DNA of 58,734 nt, the filler included, from Squatina squatina (Eukaryota), in the NCBI GenBank assembly GCA_031763465.1. It is 4 parts of 4 records of this genome, joined end to end, with 100 filler letters (N's around TTAATTAATTAA, not from the genome) between each part and the next. Parts side by side here need not be neighbours in the genome. Positions count along the whole stretch, not along the records: positions 25,351 to 42,668 come from JARFOE010000057.1; 3 more parts are not named here. The stretch is one strand, 5' to 3'. Below the pieces are notes generated by a model, which did not search any database, had not been told where the DNA came from, and saw only the letters and a list, made by a program, of their open reading frames with translations. Below, piece by piece: positions 25,351-37,622 of the stretch. The position numbers and the translations under genes are program-made. Every line of letters starts with the position of its first letter. The stretch's first letter is position 1.

Positions 25351-25606
25351 CGGGACTGTGCGCAGTGCGTTCTTTACTGGGTCTGTGAATGCGCTTCTTC
25401 GGGACTGGGTACTGTATGTTCTTCGCCGGGACTGCACATGCGCTGTACGTTCTTCGCCGGGACTGCGCATGCGCAGTGTGTTCATCACCGGGGCTGCACA
25501 GCTCAGTCCAGGACATTTGAACAATTTTCAGGTAAGTGTTGGGACACCAGGACATTTCGTTAGAAGCCGGGACTGTCCTGGCCCAGCTGGGACGTCTGGT
25601 CACTCG
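25351..25606 (-). mobile_element. hAT (Blackjack-like) non-autonomous element end with internal ~32-bp tandem repeats
   Basis: Terminus gagtgaccagacgtccc..ggacagtcccg resembles Blackjack-type ends. Repeated cgggactgcgcatgcgc units; same family as 56556-56801. Confidence 0.55.
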
Positions 25607-26074
25607 ACTTAATTGTCCAACATGACTCATGAAAATATGAAACACCACAATTGGAGGAACATTTATTTGTTGGCTCTAACGATGGACATCCAGATTTCCA
25701 TTTCGACAGGCTCAGTTCAAATTCCAAATACTCCCCACGATGATCACGTTGGCAAAGTTGCTGGAGCATGCCACGCTTGCAAAACATTTAATGAGTAAGA
25801 GGAACCGTCATAACACTCCCGGTTTGCAGGCCACCTGCTCTCAGGAACAGCACTGTCAGCAGGTGCACTGAGATCAGGTCAGGGAAACGGAAAGACAAAT
25901 AAAGGCGTATATTGATAACAAACTGGTTACGCAAAACGGATTCTTTCCAAAATACGGAAGACACCATGCTTGTGCATCCAGCAACCTTAGATTTAGATTT
26001 GCACCTTCACGGTCTGGGCAGTAATCGAGGGGAGGGGATTGTTTGCCCTTTACAAATCACTGGTTTGACCTCAT

Positions 26075-26545
26075 CTGCAGTATTCTGGCCAATTCTGGGC
26101 ACGGCTATTTAGGAAGGATGTCAAGGCCTTGGAGAGGGTGCAGAGGAGATTTACTAGAATGGGACCAGGGATGAGGGACTTCAGTTATGTGGATAGACTG
26201 GAGAAGCTGGGGTTGTTCTCCTTGGAGCAGAGAAGGTTAAAGGGTGATTTAATGGAGGTGTTCAAAATTATGAAGGGTTTTGATAGAGTAAATAAGGAGA
26301 AACTATTTTCCATGGCAGGAGGGTCGGTAACCAGAGGACACAGAGTTATGGTATTTGGCAAAAGAGCCAGGGCTGGGATGAGAAGAGATTTGTTTTCACA
26401 ACGAGTTGTTGCGATCTGGAATGCTCTGCCTGAAGGGATGGTGGAAGCAGATTCAATAATAACTTTCAAAAGGGAATTTGATAAATACTTAAAGGGGAGA
26501 AAATGGCAGGGCTTTGGAGAAAGAGCAGGGGAGTGGGACGAATTA
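26075..26545 (+). mobile_element. CR1 LINE 3' ORF2 fragment
   Basis: ERVQRRFTRM.PGMRDFSYVDRLEKLGLFSLEQRRLKGDLMEVFKIM..FSQRVVAIWNALP. Confidence 0.92.
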
Positions 26546-26547
26546 GA

Positions 26548-26835
26548 TGTGGGCGTCGCTGGCAAGTTGAGCATTTATTGCCCATCCCTAATTGCCCTTG
26601 AGAAGGTGGTGCTGAGCTGCCGCCTTGCAGTCTGTGTGGTGAGGGTACTCCCAGAGTGCTGTTTGGTGGGGGGTTCCAGGGTTTTGACTCAGAAACAATG
26701 AAGGATGGTGTGTGACTTGGAGTGAAATTTGGAGGTGCTGGTGTTCCCATGCGCCTGCTGCCCTTGTCCTTCTAGGTGGTAGAGGTCGCGGGATTGGAAG
26801 GTGCTGTTGAAGAAGCCTTGGTGAGTTGCTGCAGT
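26548..26835 (-). mobile_element. Second CR1-group LINE family, 3' end, nested in the CR1 copy
   Basis: gcatttattgcccatccctaattgcccttgagaaggtggtg; reverse of 44900-45357 and 56902-57055. Confidence 0.75.
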
Positions 26836-29800
26836 TCATCAGCTTTCAAAGAGCTGGCACAGACACACTGGGCCTCCTGTGCTGCATCATTCTATGATTA
26901 TCGAGCCCGCCTGATTTTCATTTCCATTGAAATCCGTGGAATGAACACTGGGTGGTTTCTATACAGGGAAGGCTAAACGATCCCGCAGATTACCACTCAA
27001 ATGGTGAAGGCAGAAATCTGCCTCTTAATGTTCCACAATGGCCATTCTAGCTACGGACGCAAATGCAAGCACCTGGCTTCAGACTGGCTTTATTATCTTG
27101 TATCCACTCTCACTTTCCTTTCATTATCCACTCCTGTGACTTTCTCTGGCTGGTACCATCTAGCCAAGGTCATCGGCTAAATTAGTGATCCTACCCTTCC
27201 CCTGTCTGCAGTCTGGTGAATATGGTAATGGAGATGAGTAAAGAGAAGGCACTCACAGCCAAGTCAGTGCATTAATGCCCCGTGAGACCTGAAAATGGAG
27301 AAGTGATCAGATCTGCTGACCTTACCTCACCAAGCAGGTTATGTGGCCGATTAAAGGGATTAGCTGCAATATCCCCTGCACAGCTCTGAGGAAAATGTCA
27401 CTTAAAGCACTTGACACCACAACGATTGCCACTTTTAACAAAATTCAGGCTGTTTAGACTGTTGGAGAAAATCAGCAGCGCTTACACTGAAATCTGTCAT
27501 GTCTGTTTAATGCACTGAATGAGAGAAGCTTTCAGACTCTGTCGATAGATGAAAGCAANNNNNNNNNNNNNNNNNNNNNNNNNNNNNNNNNNNNNNNNNN
27601 NNNNNNNNNNNNNNNNNNNNNNNNNNNNNNNNNNNNNNNNNNNNNNNNNNNNNNNNNNAATATATTTCTTTTTTTCTTCTCAGCACTTAGGTTTTTCAGT
27701 TAGTCAGATCGCTGTGCAGAAACATGACATTGGTCGAAGAGCCAATCTTAAATTAAAAAGAATTCATCACACAAACGGGCGGGCATCGATTAATGGGTTA
27801 GCCCCTTTAGATGTGCGTTGGCAGAAAAATGTGTCGCCTTTTGTGCCAGGCGCAGAAGTTATTCGAAGGTAACAGCAGCCTGTCAGTGGAATTCCGTGCT
27901 CTCCAGTAACTGGTTTAGATTAATTCTCTCGTAGCATATGTTGCTGTCGATGCTTCACTTTACAGTTAAGCTTTGCTTCTTTTGGGGAGAGGGGCGGTGA
28001 AGATCTCTCGCTCCTGATCCCAAGATCGCGCATTAACTGATCACGAGACGGTCGAAGATGAAGACAGTGAAGAAGAGAAAAAAAGAATGCTTGCTGTTGA
28101 AGGTGAGAAAGGCTGGGAGAAAAAAAAATTGTCTGTTCGGCAGAACAAAAAGGAAGGGTGATTTGTCGTCTCCAAGAGCTGCTTTAAGCAAAGCCAAAAG
28201 GGAAAAAAAAAGCCCGAGATAGAAATCCAAGCAGCAGATTCTTCAGAAAAGGCACTTTTCAGCAACCTGTGGGGAAAGAAAGAAGATGTCAGGGAAAACA
28301 GTCTGAAAATATATAAGCTCTCCTTCATAACCTTGATCTTCACACGACAGTCCTACCGACATGCCATAAAACGTTCAGACACTAACAGTACAGCATTTTG
28401 CAGTCAGCCATTGGAGATTAAAATAAAGGGCCATTTCCCTTCATAAAGCTGCACATGGTAAGAAGGAGAGCCAATTGGGACCAGCATTGCAGCGAGAGCA
28501 TGGGCGGCTGGCCAATGAGAAGAGCCGTCTCATATTGATCCGTTCTGGCAGACGTTCATTGCTAGGCCCACTGCACAGAAAGATGCCTCAGCCTGACGTG
28601 CTTGCCTCTGCTGCACCAGCGATCCGTACAGTAGGAGGTTTTAAAAGGAATGCTCCCTGGTTTCATGCACTGTGTATGTTTGTCAATTCAGCTGGGTGGC
28701 ACTGGTCGCAGCGATCCTCCTGTTACGTGGCTCGATAGCCTTACGAAAATGTCAGGTCTCAACAAAATAAAACGCCATACCAGCTGCAGCAGTGAGAGAG
28801 TCAGCTCGGCATAGCTCCGTGAAATGCCTGTAATGGTTTATGGCTGCGCGCCACATCAGACTGCAGCCAGACACAGTCTTGAGATGCGAGAGAAAAAAAA
28901 TCTAACAGGGTGTGGTGAGCAAACAATGCAGTCCCTACTGCAAGGAGAGACAGAGAGAAAAGCCTCGATTAATTGACTTGTAATTTAAAAAAATCAAGCT
29001 GTATTAAATTCACAGCCGATCTCTGTGTAACAACGCACTCCGTGCAGGCAAGTACATAACATTCAGACAGCAACTGCTAGGCCAGTGAGATAAAGGGAGC
29101 CCATGCAGCAACTCAGNNNNNNNNNNNNNNNNNNNNNNNNNNNNNNNNNNNNNNNNNNNNNNNNNNNNNNNNNNNNNNNNNNNNNNNNNNNNNNNNNNNN
29201 NNNNNNNNNNNNNNNNGCCCGTGGTCAAGTAATTTTTTGAGCTGACAAAAATGAAGCAGAATAATTGTCAGCCTTTGACTTTCTTTGCTCCCCAATTAAG
29301 GGATGTAGCTATTTTTCAGCTGCTCCTGTGCTTTTGTAAAAGCTTTTAATCTGCCCTGTAATTTGGTAATTTAGCATTTGCTTGTTCCTGCTTCCCTTCT
29401 CTGTGAACCTCAGATGGTACATTCCAAACAGTGAGCGCCTAATGGCCTTCAGATCCACGGCTTTGCCTGCAAGGGTTCAGCCTGACTGTTGTCATAGCAA
29501 CGTTAGCTGAAAGCTCACTTAACTCTTGCTTAAACTTGGCTGTCTGTGCACACGGAGGTAAGGTCCATAAATCAGGCAAAGGGAATGCCGTGCAGTGGCT
29601 CAACCACATCTACACCTCACTTTCCAAAACGACCCTCAACCCCCAAAATAATTTCATCCCATTTTGCCTCACTTCCGCTGAGAAAGGTGTCCAGTCGTGT
29701 ACAAACAGAGTTTAGAATGCACCCGTGCTTGCGAAGTCTGCAATGCCCACAGTTGAGTAGGCCCCGAACTGATCCGAAGAAATGGTAAAAAAAAAGCATT

Positions 29801-29947
29801 GTTTGAAGTAAAAATAACAACAAAGTATTTGTTTCTCATCCCTTTATNNNNNNNNNNNNNNNNNNNNNNNNNNNNNNNNNNNNNNNNNNNNNNNNNNNNN
29901 NNNNNNNNNNNNNNNNNNNNNNNNNNNNNNNNNNNNNNNNNNNNNNN

Positions 29948-30255
29948 GGATAAACCTGACAATTACAGGCCAGTCAGTTTAATGGTGGTGGGGAAGCTTT
30001 TAGAAACAATAATCTGGGAAGAAAGTACCAGCCGCTCCGACAAGCATGGGCTAATAAATGAGAGCCAGTACAGATTTGTTATGGGGAAATTGTGCTTGAC
30101 GAACTTGACTGAGTTTTTTGATGAGGTAAAAGAATGAGGTTGTATATATGGACTTTCAAAAGGTGTTCGATAAAGTACCACATATTAAACTTGTTAGCAG
30201 AATTGAAGCCCAGGGGATAAAAGAGGCAGTCGCATCATGGATACAGAATTGGCAC
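29948..30255 (+). mobile_element. CR1 RT fragment
   Basis: DKPDNYRPVSL..GKLLETII..CLTNLTEFFDEV. Confidence 0.88.
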
Positions 30256-32249
30256 TGAGTACTGGAATGAGCTTGGACTTGGTACAGTCTATGTGAACCA
30301 AGAATTTAGATGAGAATGACCCACTTAATGCCAGTGTTTACCCTCAACAACACCCAATTACTCTCACGACTGAAGCACTGAATGAGCTGGTACCTGAATA
30401 ATCAGTTAGTATTTGGGGGTGAAATTAAACCTGTAATAATAAGACCCCCTCCACCCCATATAACTATAAAGTAGCCAGTTGTGGCAGAGATTGAAGATCG
30501 TAGGAAAACGTTTTATTACAGATGATTGAATATTTATCTGTAAATTTAATGCAAGTAAATCTGCAATGTGGAAGTAATATTTTCCTTTACATTCTAAAAA
30601 CTGAAAGTGCTGAAAATATGCTGCAGGTCCATCAGTTTTCTAAAAGAGAAGGTCAGTGCAATATTTCTGATATAGAACCATCACCAGACCAAGTCACGAC
30701 CCAGAATGTTATGATGAGATGTGTAACAGCCATAAAAATTGGTGTCTAACGCCCATCTTTTCTCTATTCAGACACTGCATTTCCAGCATTTTCTATTTTT
30801 ATTTCAGATGGCCGGCATTTGCAATTTTTTTTCTCATTTTATATTNNNNNNNNNNTCCCATTTTCAAACCAGATTATTGGCATCCTCTGAAGCCTGAGGC
30901 CTAGCTGAACATCTGCACTGCCCTGACACATCTAGTAAATTTTGAGGCCATTTGTTTTCTGCTTTACCTTTGCTTTAATATAAACAGGAATAACTCTAAC
31001 CAGGTAGGCTGGTGACCTTCCTGTCGCCAACACTGCATCACATCATGCAGGAATTTTATCAGCACAGCAAACCTGAAGTAAAAATATCTAAATCAGGCAA
31101 GGTTTTTTCAGTATGTGCATTAATTACACACGCAACTCGGGTTTATATAACCATTTAAAATCCTGTCATCAGTAAGTGTGGGAGTATTCTTCCAGCTGTC
31201 TCATTGATATCTGCAGAATCTACGCTATGCTCCTCGTGGCTCTAAGACTAAAGATTTTACTGAGGTCACAGCAAGACGCTGTTCAGATCTTGTCAGGTTC
31301 TGTCAGATATAATTAGGCAAACGGAATGCAGCCGCAAGCTGAAATACAAAGGGTTCAAACAGAAACGACTATCAAGACTCACCCGAACAATTGCAGGATT
31401 CCACGCTTTTCCACGTACAAAGATTGCACTTGTATGTCTTTTGGTCTCTGTGAATAAATAGCATGCGAAAAGCAAGCCCGTGCAGAATCCTTACTCAGTG
31501 ACCTAGTGTGCCCAGTAATTGGCTGCAGATTATTTCATGAGCAACCTGCGGTGGTGAATTCGCTATTGTTAATCCTCAGGTATGGATGTCAGGACACAGC
31601 AAGGATCTGAAGCCCAATAGCTGATTCGAGCTGCACAGTAACTGGCAAAGGATCAAGGAAAATTCCCTTACAAATTGAGACAGGATACATATCTATCGAG
31701 CCATAGTCTATTAACATTCTCCAGATTTCCTATTTATCACGGCGAAGGGCTGATTTTAACCTTTGGCACACAACTACTGGCAGTGGATCATCTGCCTTTA
31801 TACACCCCCGCCCATTGAAGCCAGCAGGGAAGGAAAATCGGCAGNNNNNNNNNNNNNNNNNNNNNNNNNNNNNNNNNNNNNNNNNNNNNNNNNNNNNNNN
31901 NNNNNNNNNNNNNNNNNNNNNNNNNNNNNNNNNNNNNNNNNNNNCTACACAGCCGACTAACGCACACAACCAGGAAGGAAGGTTGCATATTTAATGGTTA
32001 TTGACTCGTACAAGAAAAAGGTTTTTAGAGTCATACAATGCTACACCAGAGAAACTGTCAACCCATTGAGTCTGTACTGGTATTTTTCTCCACATGAGCC
32101 ACCTGGTCTAATCCCACCCTCCTGAATGCTCCTTCCATCCTTTAATAATCCTCTTTTTCAATCTTGCCCTTCAATTCATTTTGTGATTATTTTCAATTTG
32201 TGCCCTTTTGCCCACCATTGGAGAGAATCTCTCACTATTAATAGTAATA

Positions 32250-32490
32250 AAATAAATATTGGCCAGGACACCATGGATAGCTCCCCTGCTCTTCTTCTAA
32301 GTAGTGTCATGGGATCTTTTACATCCACCCGAGAGGTCAGATGGGGTCCCAGTTTAATGTTTCATCCGAAAGATTGCACTGTAGTGCACTGGTATTGTCA
32401 GACTGGATTTTGTACTCAGGTCTCTGGAGTGGGGCTTGAACACACAACCTCTGACTTAGAGGTGAAGAGTGCTACCATTGAGCCAAGCCG
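32250..32490 (-). mobile_element. Deu-SINE (SacSINE1/AmnSINE-like) fragment
   Basis: tRNA-like head on the minus strand (gtagcactcttcacctctaagtcagaggttgtgtgttcaagccccactccagagac), followed by a Deu-type body. Confidence 0.65.
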
Positions 32491-32771
32491 ACAAAATGAC
32501 ACCAATTGGAAAATGTAGGCTATAAGATTTACATACTGATGGGATAAACAGAAAGCCTGCCAGGAAAAGTCCCTGGGTAATATTAATTCAACAACAGACC
32601 TGATATTATAACAAAGCTGTGTCTTCCGCATGCATGCACGTTTCAGTCAGTTCTCCCAGTGAATAAATATCNNNNNNNNNNNNNNNNNNNNNNNNNNNNN
32701 NNNNNNNNNNNNNNNNNNNNNNNNNNNNNNNNNNNNNNNNNNNNNNNNNNNNNNNNNNNNNNNNNNNNNNN

Positions 32772-33245
32772 TAATACGTGGCATTTTATCAAACGCCTTT
32801 TGACAGTCCATGTACACAACATCAACTGCACTGCCCTCATCCATCCTCTCTGTTACCATCATCAAAAAAACATGATCAAGTTAGTCAAACACGATTTGTC
32901 TTTAACCAATCTGTGCTGGCTCTCCTTTATTAGTCCATGCTTATCCAAGGGGCTGTTAATTTTCTCCCAGATTATTGCATCTAAAAGCTTTCCCACCACC
33001 AATGTTAAACTGACTTGCCTACAGTTGCCACGTTTATCCTTCTCTCCTTCTTTGAACAAAGGTGCAACATTTGCAATTCTCCAGTCCTTTGGCATCGCCC
33101 TGTATCTAAAGAGGATTGCAAGATTGTGGCCAGCACCTCCGCAATTTCCACCCTTACTTCCCTCAACCTAGGATGCCTCACATCCAGACCGGGTGACTTG
33201 TCCATTTTAAGCACTTTCTAGTACCACCCCTTTATCTATTTTTAT
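32772..33245 (-). mobile_element. CR1 RT fragment
   Basis: DKSPGLD..HPR, DWRIANVAPLFKEG, DEGSAVDVVYMDCQKAFDK. Confidence 0.88.
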
Positions 33246-33269
33246 CCCAGAGTCCGAGGTTCCAAAGAC

Positions 33270-33535
33270 TCTGGTTGGTGACAGGGACCTAGCCCAAGTG
33301 GCCATTATTCATGTGTGAGCCTCAACAGCAAGTGACAACAGGGCATTTGATCGCCGGGGTCGGGGTCGGAGGGAGGTAACTGCAACCAAGACAAGCCCCG
33401 TCCGCATGCGCGCACACATACTTTACAGCAAAGACTGCTGGAGAGCGATTAGGAGAGGCAGGTCCAACTGATTTTCCCCCTCCTTAAATCAAGGGTAATG
33501 AGGCTATTGTAGCTGCCATGTCTGAGATCATCAGA
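33270..33535 (-). repeat. Old dispersed SINE-like repeat (same family as 7200-7390)
   Basis: aagtggccattattcatgtgtgagcc...gctggagagcgattaggag. Confidence 0.45.
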
Positions 33536-33692
33536 ATCGATACAGCTAGGTTAAGGGTTCAGAGAATGTTATGTACTCATGTCTAATGTGAGCAAGCAGA
33601 TTTAGTCAGTTCAACTATTCTAATATCATAACTAAGGGCACTGCTCATTGGCTGATTTTTTCTCAATTTTCTTCCAATCGCTTCTGAAGGTA

Positions 33693-33802
33693 CGGACTCT
33701 AACTGGGAGTACAGTTCTCCAACAGCGGACTCTAACTGGGAGTACAGTTCTCCAACAGCGGACTCTAACTGGGGGCACAGTTCTCCAACAGCGGACTCTA
33801 AC
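33693..33802 (+). repeat. 33-bp minisatellite x3.3
   Basis: cggactctaactgggagtacagttctccaacag repeated head to tail with no spacers. Confidence 0.9.
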
Positions 33803-34734
33803 AGTTTGACTGGGGCCAGCAGGCATCTAATACCTTGCCTGAATTAGCCGAGGCAGCGATTGCTGGCTGGCTATCTGATGGTGAAGGTCATCATAGTAAT
33901 CCCCATCACAGTCTCACCCAACGGCCATTCCAAACGCCGGACAGTAATTTGCAATGGCTCAGCGAGTGGGGGTTCACGGCCATCCCCTCTCCCACAATTA
34001 TTTTTAGGTGGATTAATGCAGCTTAAAGACTTTCCTCCATTATCTCAGTAACCTCTGTTACCTGTTTGCAACCTCTTGGGTTCAGCCAGCCAGTCTGTGT
34101 GGTTCCTGGCTCGGCCTTTGGACTAATTAAGCCGGCATTATCCAGTTCAGTCTCGTTTCTGCCAAGTCAGTCAAATCTCGAGTTTGGCACAACCGAGCTT
34201 CGTCACTGCTAATTAGAAGTGGGGGCAACCCTGACTGATGTTCCCCCTCCCTAACTGGAGCTAATATCCCTTCTGCTCATTTGGTCCAGATGGTGAGGCC
34301 CCTGTACCGCTTCCAAGTGTATTGAATTAAATGGGAATCTGTGCATCTGATCAGCAGTGAAATGGTTCTCTGAGCATTCGCTCCCACTACCTACTCAACA
34401 AAGTTTCTCATTGCTTCAGCCTCTGGCTTGCAGGAGACATACACCAGCCTCTGTATCTGCTCACAGTTACGAATTGCTCGCACCACCCTGTAATCTGAAA
34501 AAACAAAAAGGGAGACACACCTCACTGTCAATAGTTAAATGAGTTACTGTGCTCTCGCTCACCTTAGCCTGGCTATGACCATACAGGTCATGCTTCAAAG
34601 CCCACCCCTCAAATAAGAGTCCTTTGTTAAAAGGTGACTTCCTCTTTGCTTTGAAACTAGATAGGAACAATGAAACTGTTCAAATGTTCTGCTTGCTTTT
34701 GTTATTTTTGAAAATCCCCTGCGCATAATACCCA

Positions 34735-35065
34735 AGAACCTCAAGACCATTCAGGACAAAGCAGTCCATCCGCTTGATCGGCACTACCTTAAACATCCAC
34801 TCCCGCCACCACCAGCACACCGTGGCTGCAGTGTGTACAATCTCCAGGATGGACTGCAGCACCTCAACAAAGCTTCTTCGATAGCACCTCCCAAACCCAC
34901 ATCCTCTAGAAGGACAAGGGCAGCAGGTGCATGGGAACAGCATCACCTTCAGGTTCCCCTCCAGGTCACACACCATCCCGACTTGGACATATATCGCCGT
35001 TCCTTCAGCAAAACCCTGTAACTCCCTACTTAACAGCATTGCGGGAGTACCTTCATCACAGGGAC
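34735..35065 (+). mobile_element. Second CR1-group LINE family fragment
   Basis: Similar to 44900-45357 (ccatccaggacaaagcag...gaaggacaagggcagcagg). Confidence 0.75.
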
Positions 35066-35165
35066 NNNNNNNNNNNNNNNNNNNNNNNNNNNNNNNNNNN
35101 NNNNNNNNNNNNNNNNNNNNNNNNNNNNNNNNNNNNNNNNNNNNNNNNNNNNNNNNNNNNNNNNN

Positions 35166-35390
35166 GTGGTCCTGGCCAGCTTTTATCCCTCAACCAACAT
35201 CACAAAAACAAATTATCTGGTCATTATCAAATTGCTGTTTGTGGAACCTTGCTGTTCTGTATCCTGCAAACTGGCTGTTATGTATCCTACAAAAACAAGT
35301 GACTATGCTTCAAAAAGTACTTCATTAGCTGTAAAGAACTTTATGACATCCTGAGGTCATAAAAGGTGCGGTATAAAATTCTGTCTTTAT
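35166..35390 (+). mobile_element. Deu-SINE 3' part
   Basis: gtcctggcca..ttatccctcaaccaacatcac..attgctgtttgtggaaccttgct..cttcaaaaagtacttcatt. Confidence 0.65.
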
Positions 35391-35635
35391 TTTCTTAAGT
35401 TTCTTCTTCAGTAAGGAGTAGCAAGTTGGCTCAGTAGGTACAGGGTGTTAGAAGGCAATCTCTCACAGCAACATCTGCTGGATGCAGCTTGGTGGTGCAA
35501 AACTGCGCCTGGGCGATTACAGTCTGATGATACAATGAGGGAGTCTGCAATATGTGATTTGCGGAAATAGTCAGATTCAACCAATTCAACTGGCATTGCT
35601 AATGGAAAACAAACGTGAGTGAGCACCGGCAGTAC

Positions 35636-35781
35636 CTTCTGCAGGTCCTGAGGATGGAAGTAGACGATGGCCATCGTATCTCCGCTCCTATTGGTGCGGA
35701 TTGTGATTTCCCGCCAGTGTCCTCCTTCATTAAACAGGATGCAGGGGTCCAGTGGAGAATGTAAATATTTGCAAGGGTTCC
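35636..35781 (-). CDS. TRMT2B: TRMT2B (tRNA m5U54 methyltransferase homolog B) internal exon; 5' boundary uncertain
   Basis: HSPLDPCILFNEGGHWREITIRTNRSGDTMAIVYFHPQDLQK|gtact matches my recall of TRMT2B (SPLEPCLVFHEGGYWRELTVRTNSQGHTMAIITFHPQ). The only nearby AG lacks a pyrimidine tract. Confidence 0.8.
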
Positions 35782-37349
35782 CTACCATGGGGTATATTAT
35801 ACATCATCTTTAAAGTGATCAGCTTTAACAAGCAAATTACATTTTTCATTCCATGCTTTATATTCCACTAAATCTTCAGTGAGCATGTGCTGATTTCGTT
35901 GCTGAAATATGTGTAGGAAAGATAAGAGGATGCAAAAATGAGCAGACTTCTCAAATTTGATTTAGTTTCTTTTCCCAGTATTGGCACAAAAGCATGCAGG
36001 ATAAATACTTTCAAGCAGTGGCCAAGTTAAGCTGCAAAAGCTCACTCATCCTTAATGTTGCTGTCCTCCAAATCAGTGCTCACTGCATTCTCTGCATCAG
36101 TTCGAGCTCTGCCTCCCCAATACATCCATTTCTTAAGTAAAAGTCAAGGTGACAGCAGGTAGACTTTATTCAGGAACACTTAGGAGGGATCTCATTTACC
36201 TGTAACCACTCGCCTCAAAGGTCACCAAAATCCTGCTTAACTAGGTTGAATGGTTTGAAAATTTCACCCTAAGTTAAGCTACCTGGGGACAGGAGGATTT
36301 TATTTCCCTCTACTCAGTTTATTTAAAATTAAAAAGAACACTTTACATTGACTTGATTATCACTGGTTATAGAATGGAATTGCATCTGACAACCTTCACT
36401 CACTCACTTCAACTCAGACTCCAATTCCAGGTGGTATTACACATCCAAAACTAACTTATCCCCAGAAACACAGAACAGTAAAAGAGATTTAGTCCGTTAG
36501 TTTCACACCATCCAAGTAATCATATTGTGTGGGCACAGCAGTCTACCCAGAGGAACACACTGAAGAAAGATAGCTGAGAAAATCTGACAGCAATAGGTGT
36601 CATTAATGGTTGACACCATACAGATAGGTACNNNNNNNNNNNNNNNNNNNNNNNNNNNNNNNNNNNNNNNNNNNNNNNNNNNNNNNNNNNNNNNNNNNNN
36701 NNNNNNNNNNNNNNNNNNNNNNNNNNNNNNNCTGCAACTCCCCAAGATGACCTAACCGGGATTGGAAATTCATTTTTGGAACATTACCAACATCTGTTGG
36801 GGTACTTATCTGAGTTCTCAGAGCTCATGAGGAGACCCGACGACTGGCCATGTTTATCAGGAAATTGGGGTGGTGCTGTCCTCGTGTGCTTAACGGGGCG
36901 AATAAAGATCGCTGTGGGAACAATGAGACACTTTCCCAATTTAAACCTAAGAGAAGGCACTGGGTGTTCTATCTGCACAAACAACGTCTAGCCATCATAA
37001 TCTGCAGTGGAACCCATATTGTATTCAACTTTAAATCCCATGTGCTCTAATTGTGCAGAATTCCAATGGGCCAATATCATTCCCATTCATTCCAATTACA
37101 CAAAATCCCCGTGGATCAACCTCTTTCCATTTATTCTTAATTACCCAGAATTGTAGTGGACTGATTTCACATCTACCCATTCTCCCTATCGTATAGAAGT
37201 CCTTACCAAAGTGTAACGTTGCTCATATTGTCCAACCCACAGTCTCCCTGGAGTGGGATTTGGGCAATTTCCAGCCAGCTGTTTGAACTTTGGTCTCCTT
37301 ACCATTCTTACAAATGTGATAATGTGGACATTTCAGCCCCTTCACCAAC

Positions 37350-37404
37350 CTGCAACTGCTCCTCATAGCTCATTCTCCAGAGTGGGGTCACAGCATCAGC
37401 CAGC
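37350..37404 (-). CDS. TRMT2B: TRMT2B internal exon
   Basis: ttctttcag|G CTG...CAG|gttggt, 55 nt, phase 2/0. (R)LADAVTPLWRMSYEEQLQ matches RLADVVTPLWRLSYEEQLK. Confidence 0.88.
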
Positions 37405-37449
37405 CTGAAAGAATAAAGGTAGTGCAGAAAGAAAATTTTACAGAATGTG

Positions 37450-37622
37450 ATCAATTTTAACCTAATACGCCCGTTAGGAAACTGGCAGGATTGGGTACAA
37501 TGCTCCCTTTACATCCCGCCTGATTTTACTCTTTGTTGAAGTGACTGGAGAGTAATATTGGGTGGCGTTCCACCCAATCCAGTGGGTTTCCCCACAAAGC
37601 AAGTTTGGTTATAATTACCCCC
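37450..37622. mobile_element. Palindromic MITE
   Basis: Arms aattttaacc..ggaaactggcaggattgggt / acccaatccagtgggtttcc..ggttataatt. The centre is similar to 26905-26955. Confidence 0.6.

Noticed and set aside
28030-28330. Lys/Glu-rich plus-strand reading (TDHETVEDEDSEEEKKR...) as an exon, for example of ARL13A
   Set aside because: In-frame TGA, no good splice sites and no recognisable homology; purine richness explains it.
33693-33802. 33-bp repeats with internal dyad symmetry as a CRISPR array
   Set aside because: Units are contiguous with no spacers, there are no cas genes, and the context is vertebrate.
36784-36984. ORF containing FPDKHGQ as a missing TRMT2B exon
   Set aside because: Only a few residues resemble the expected segment, and flanks and splice sites do not fit.
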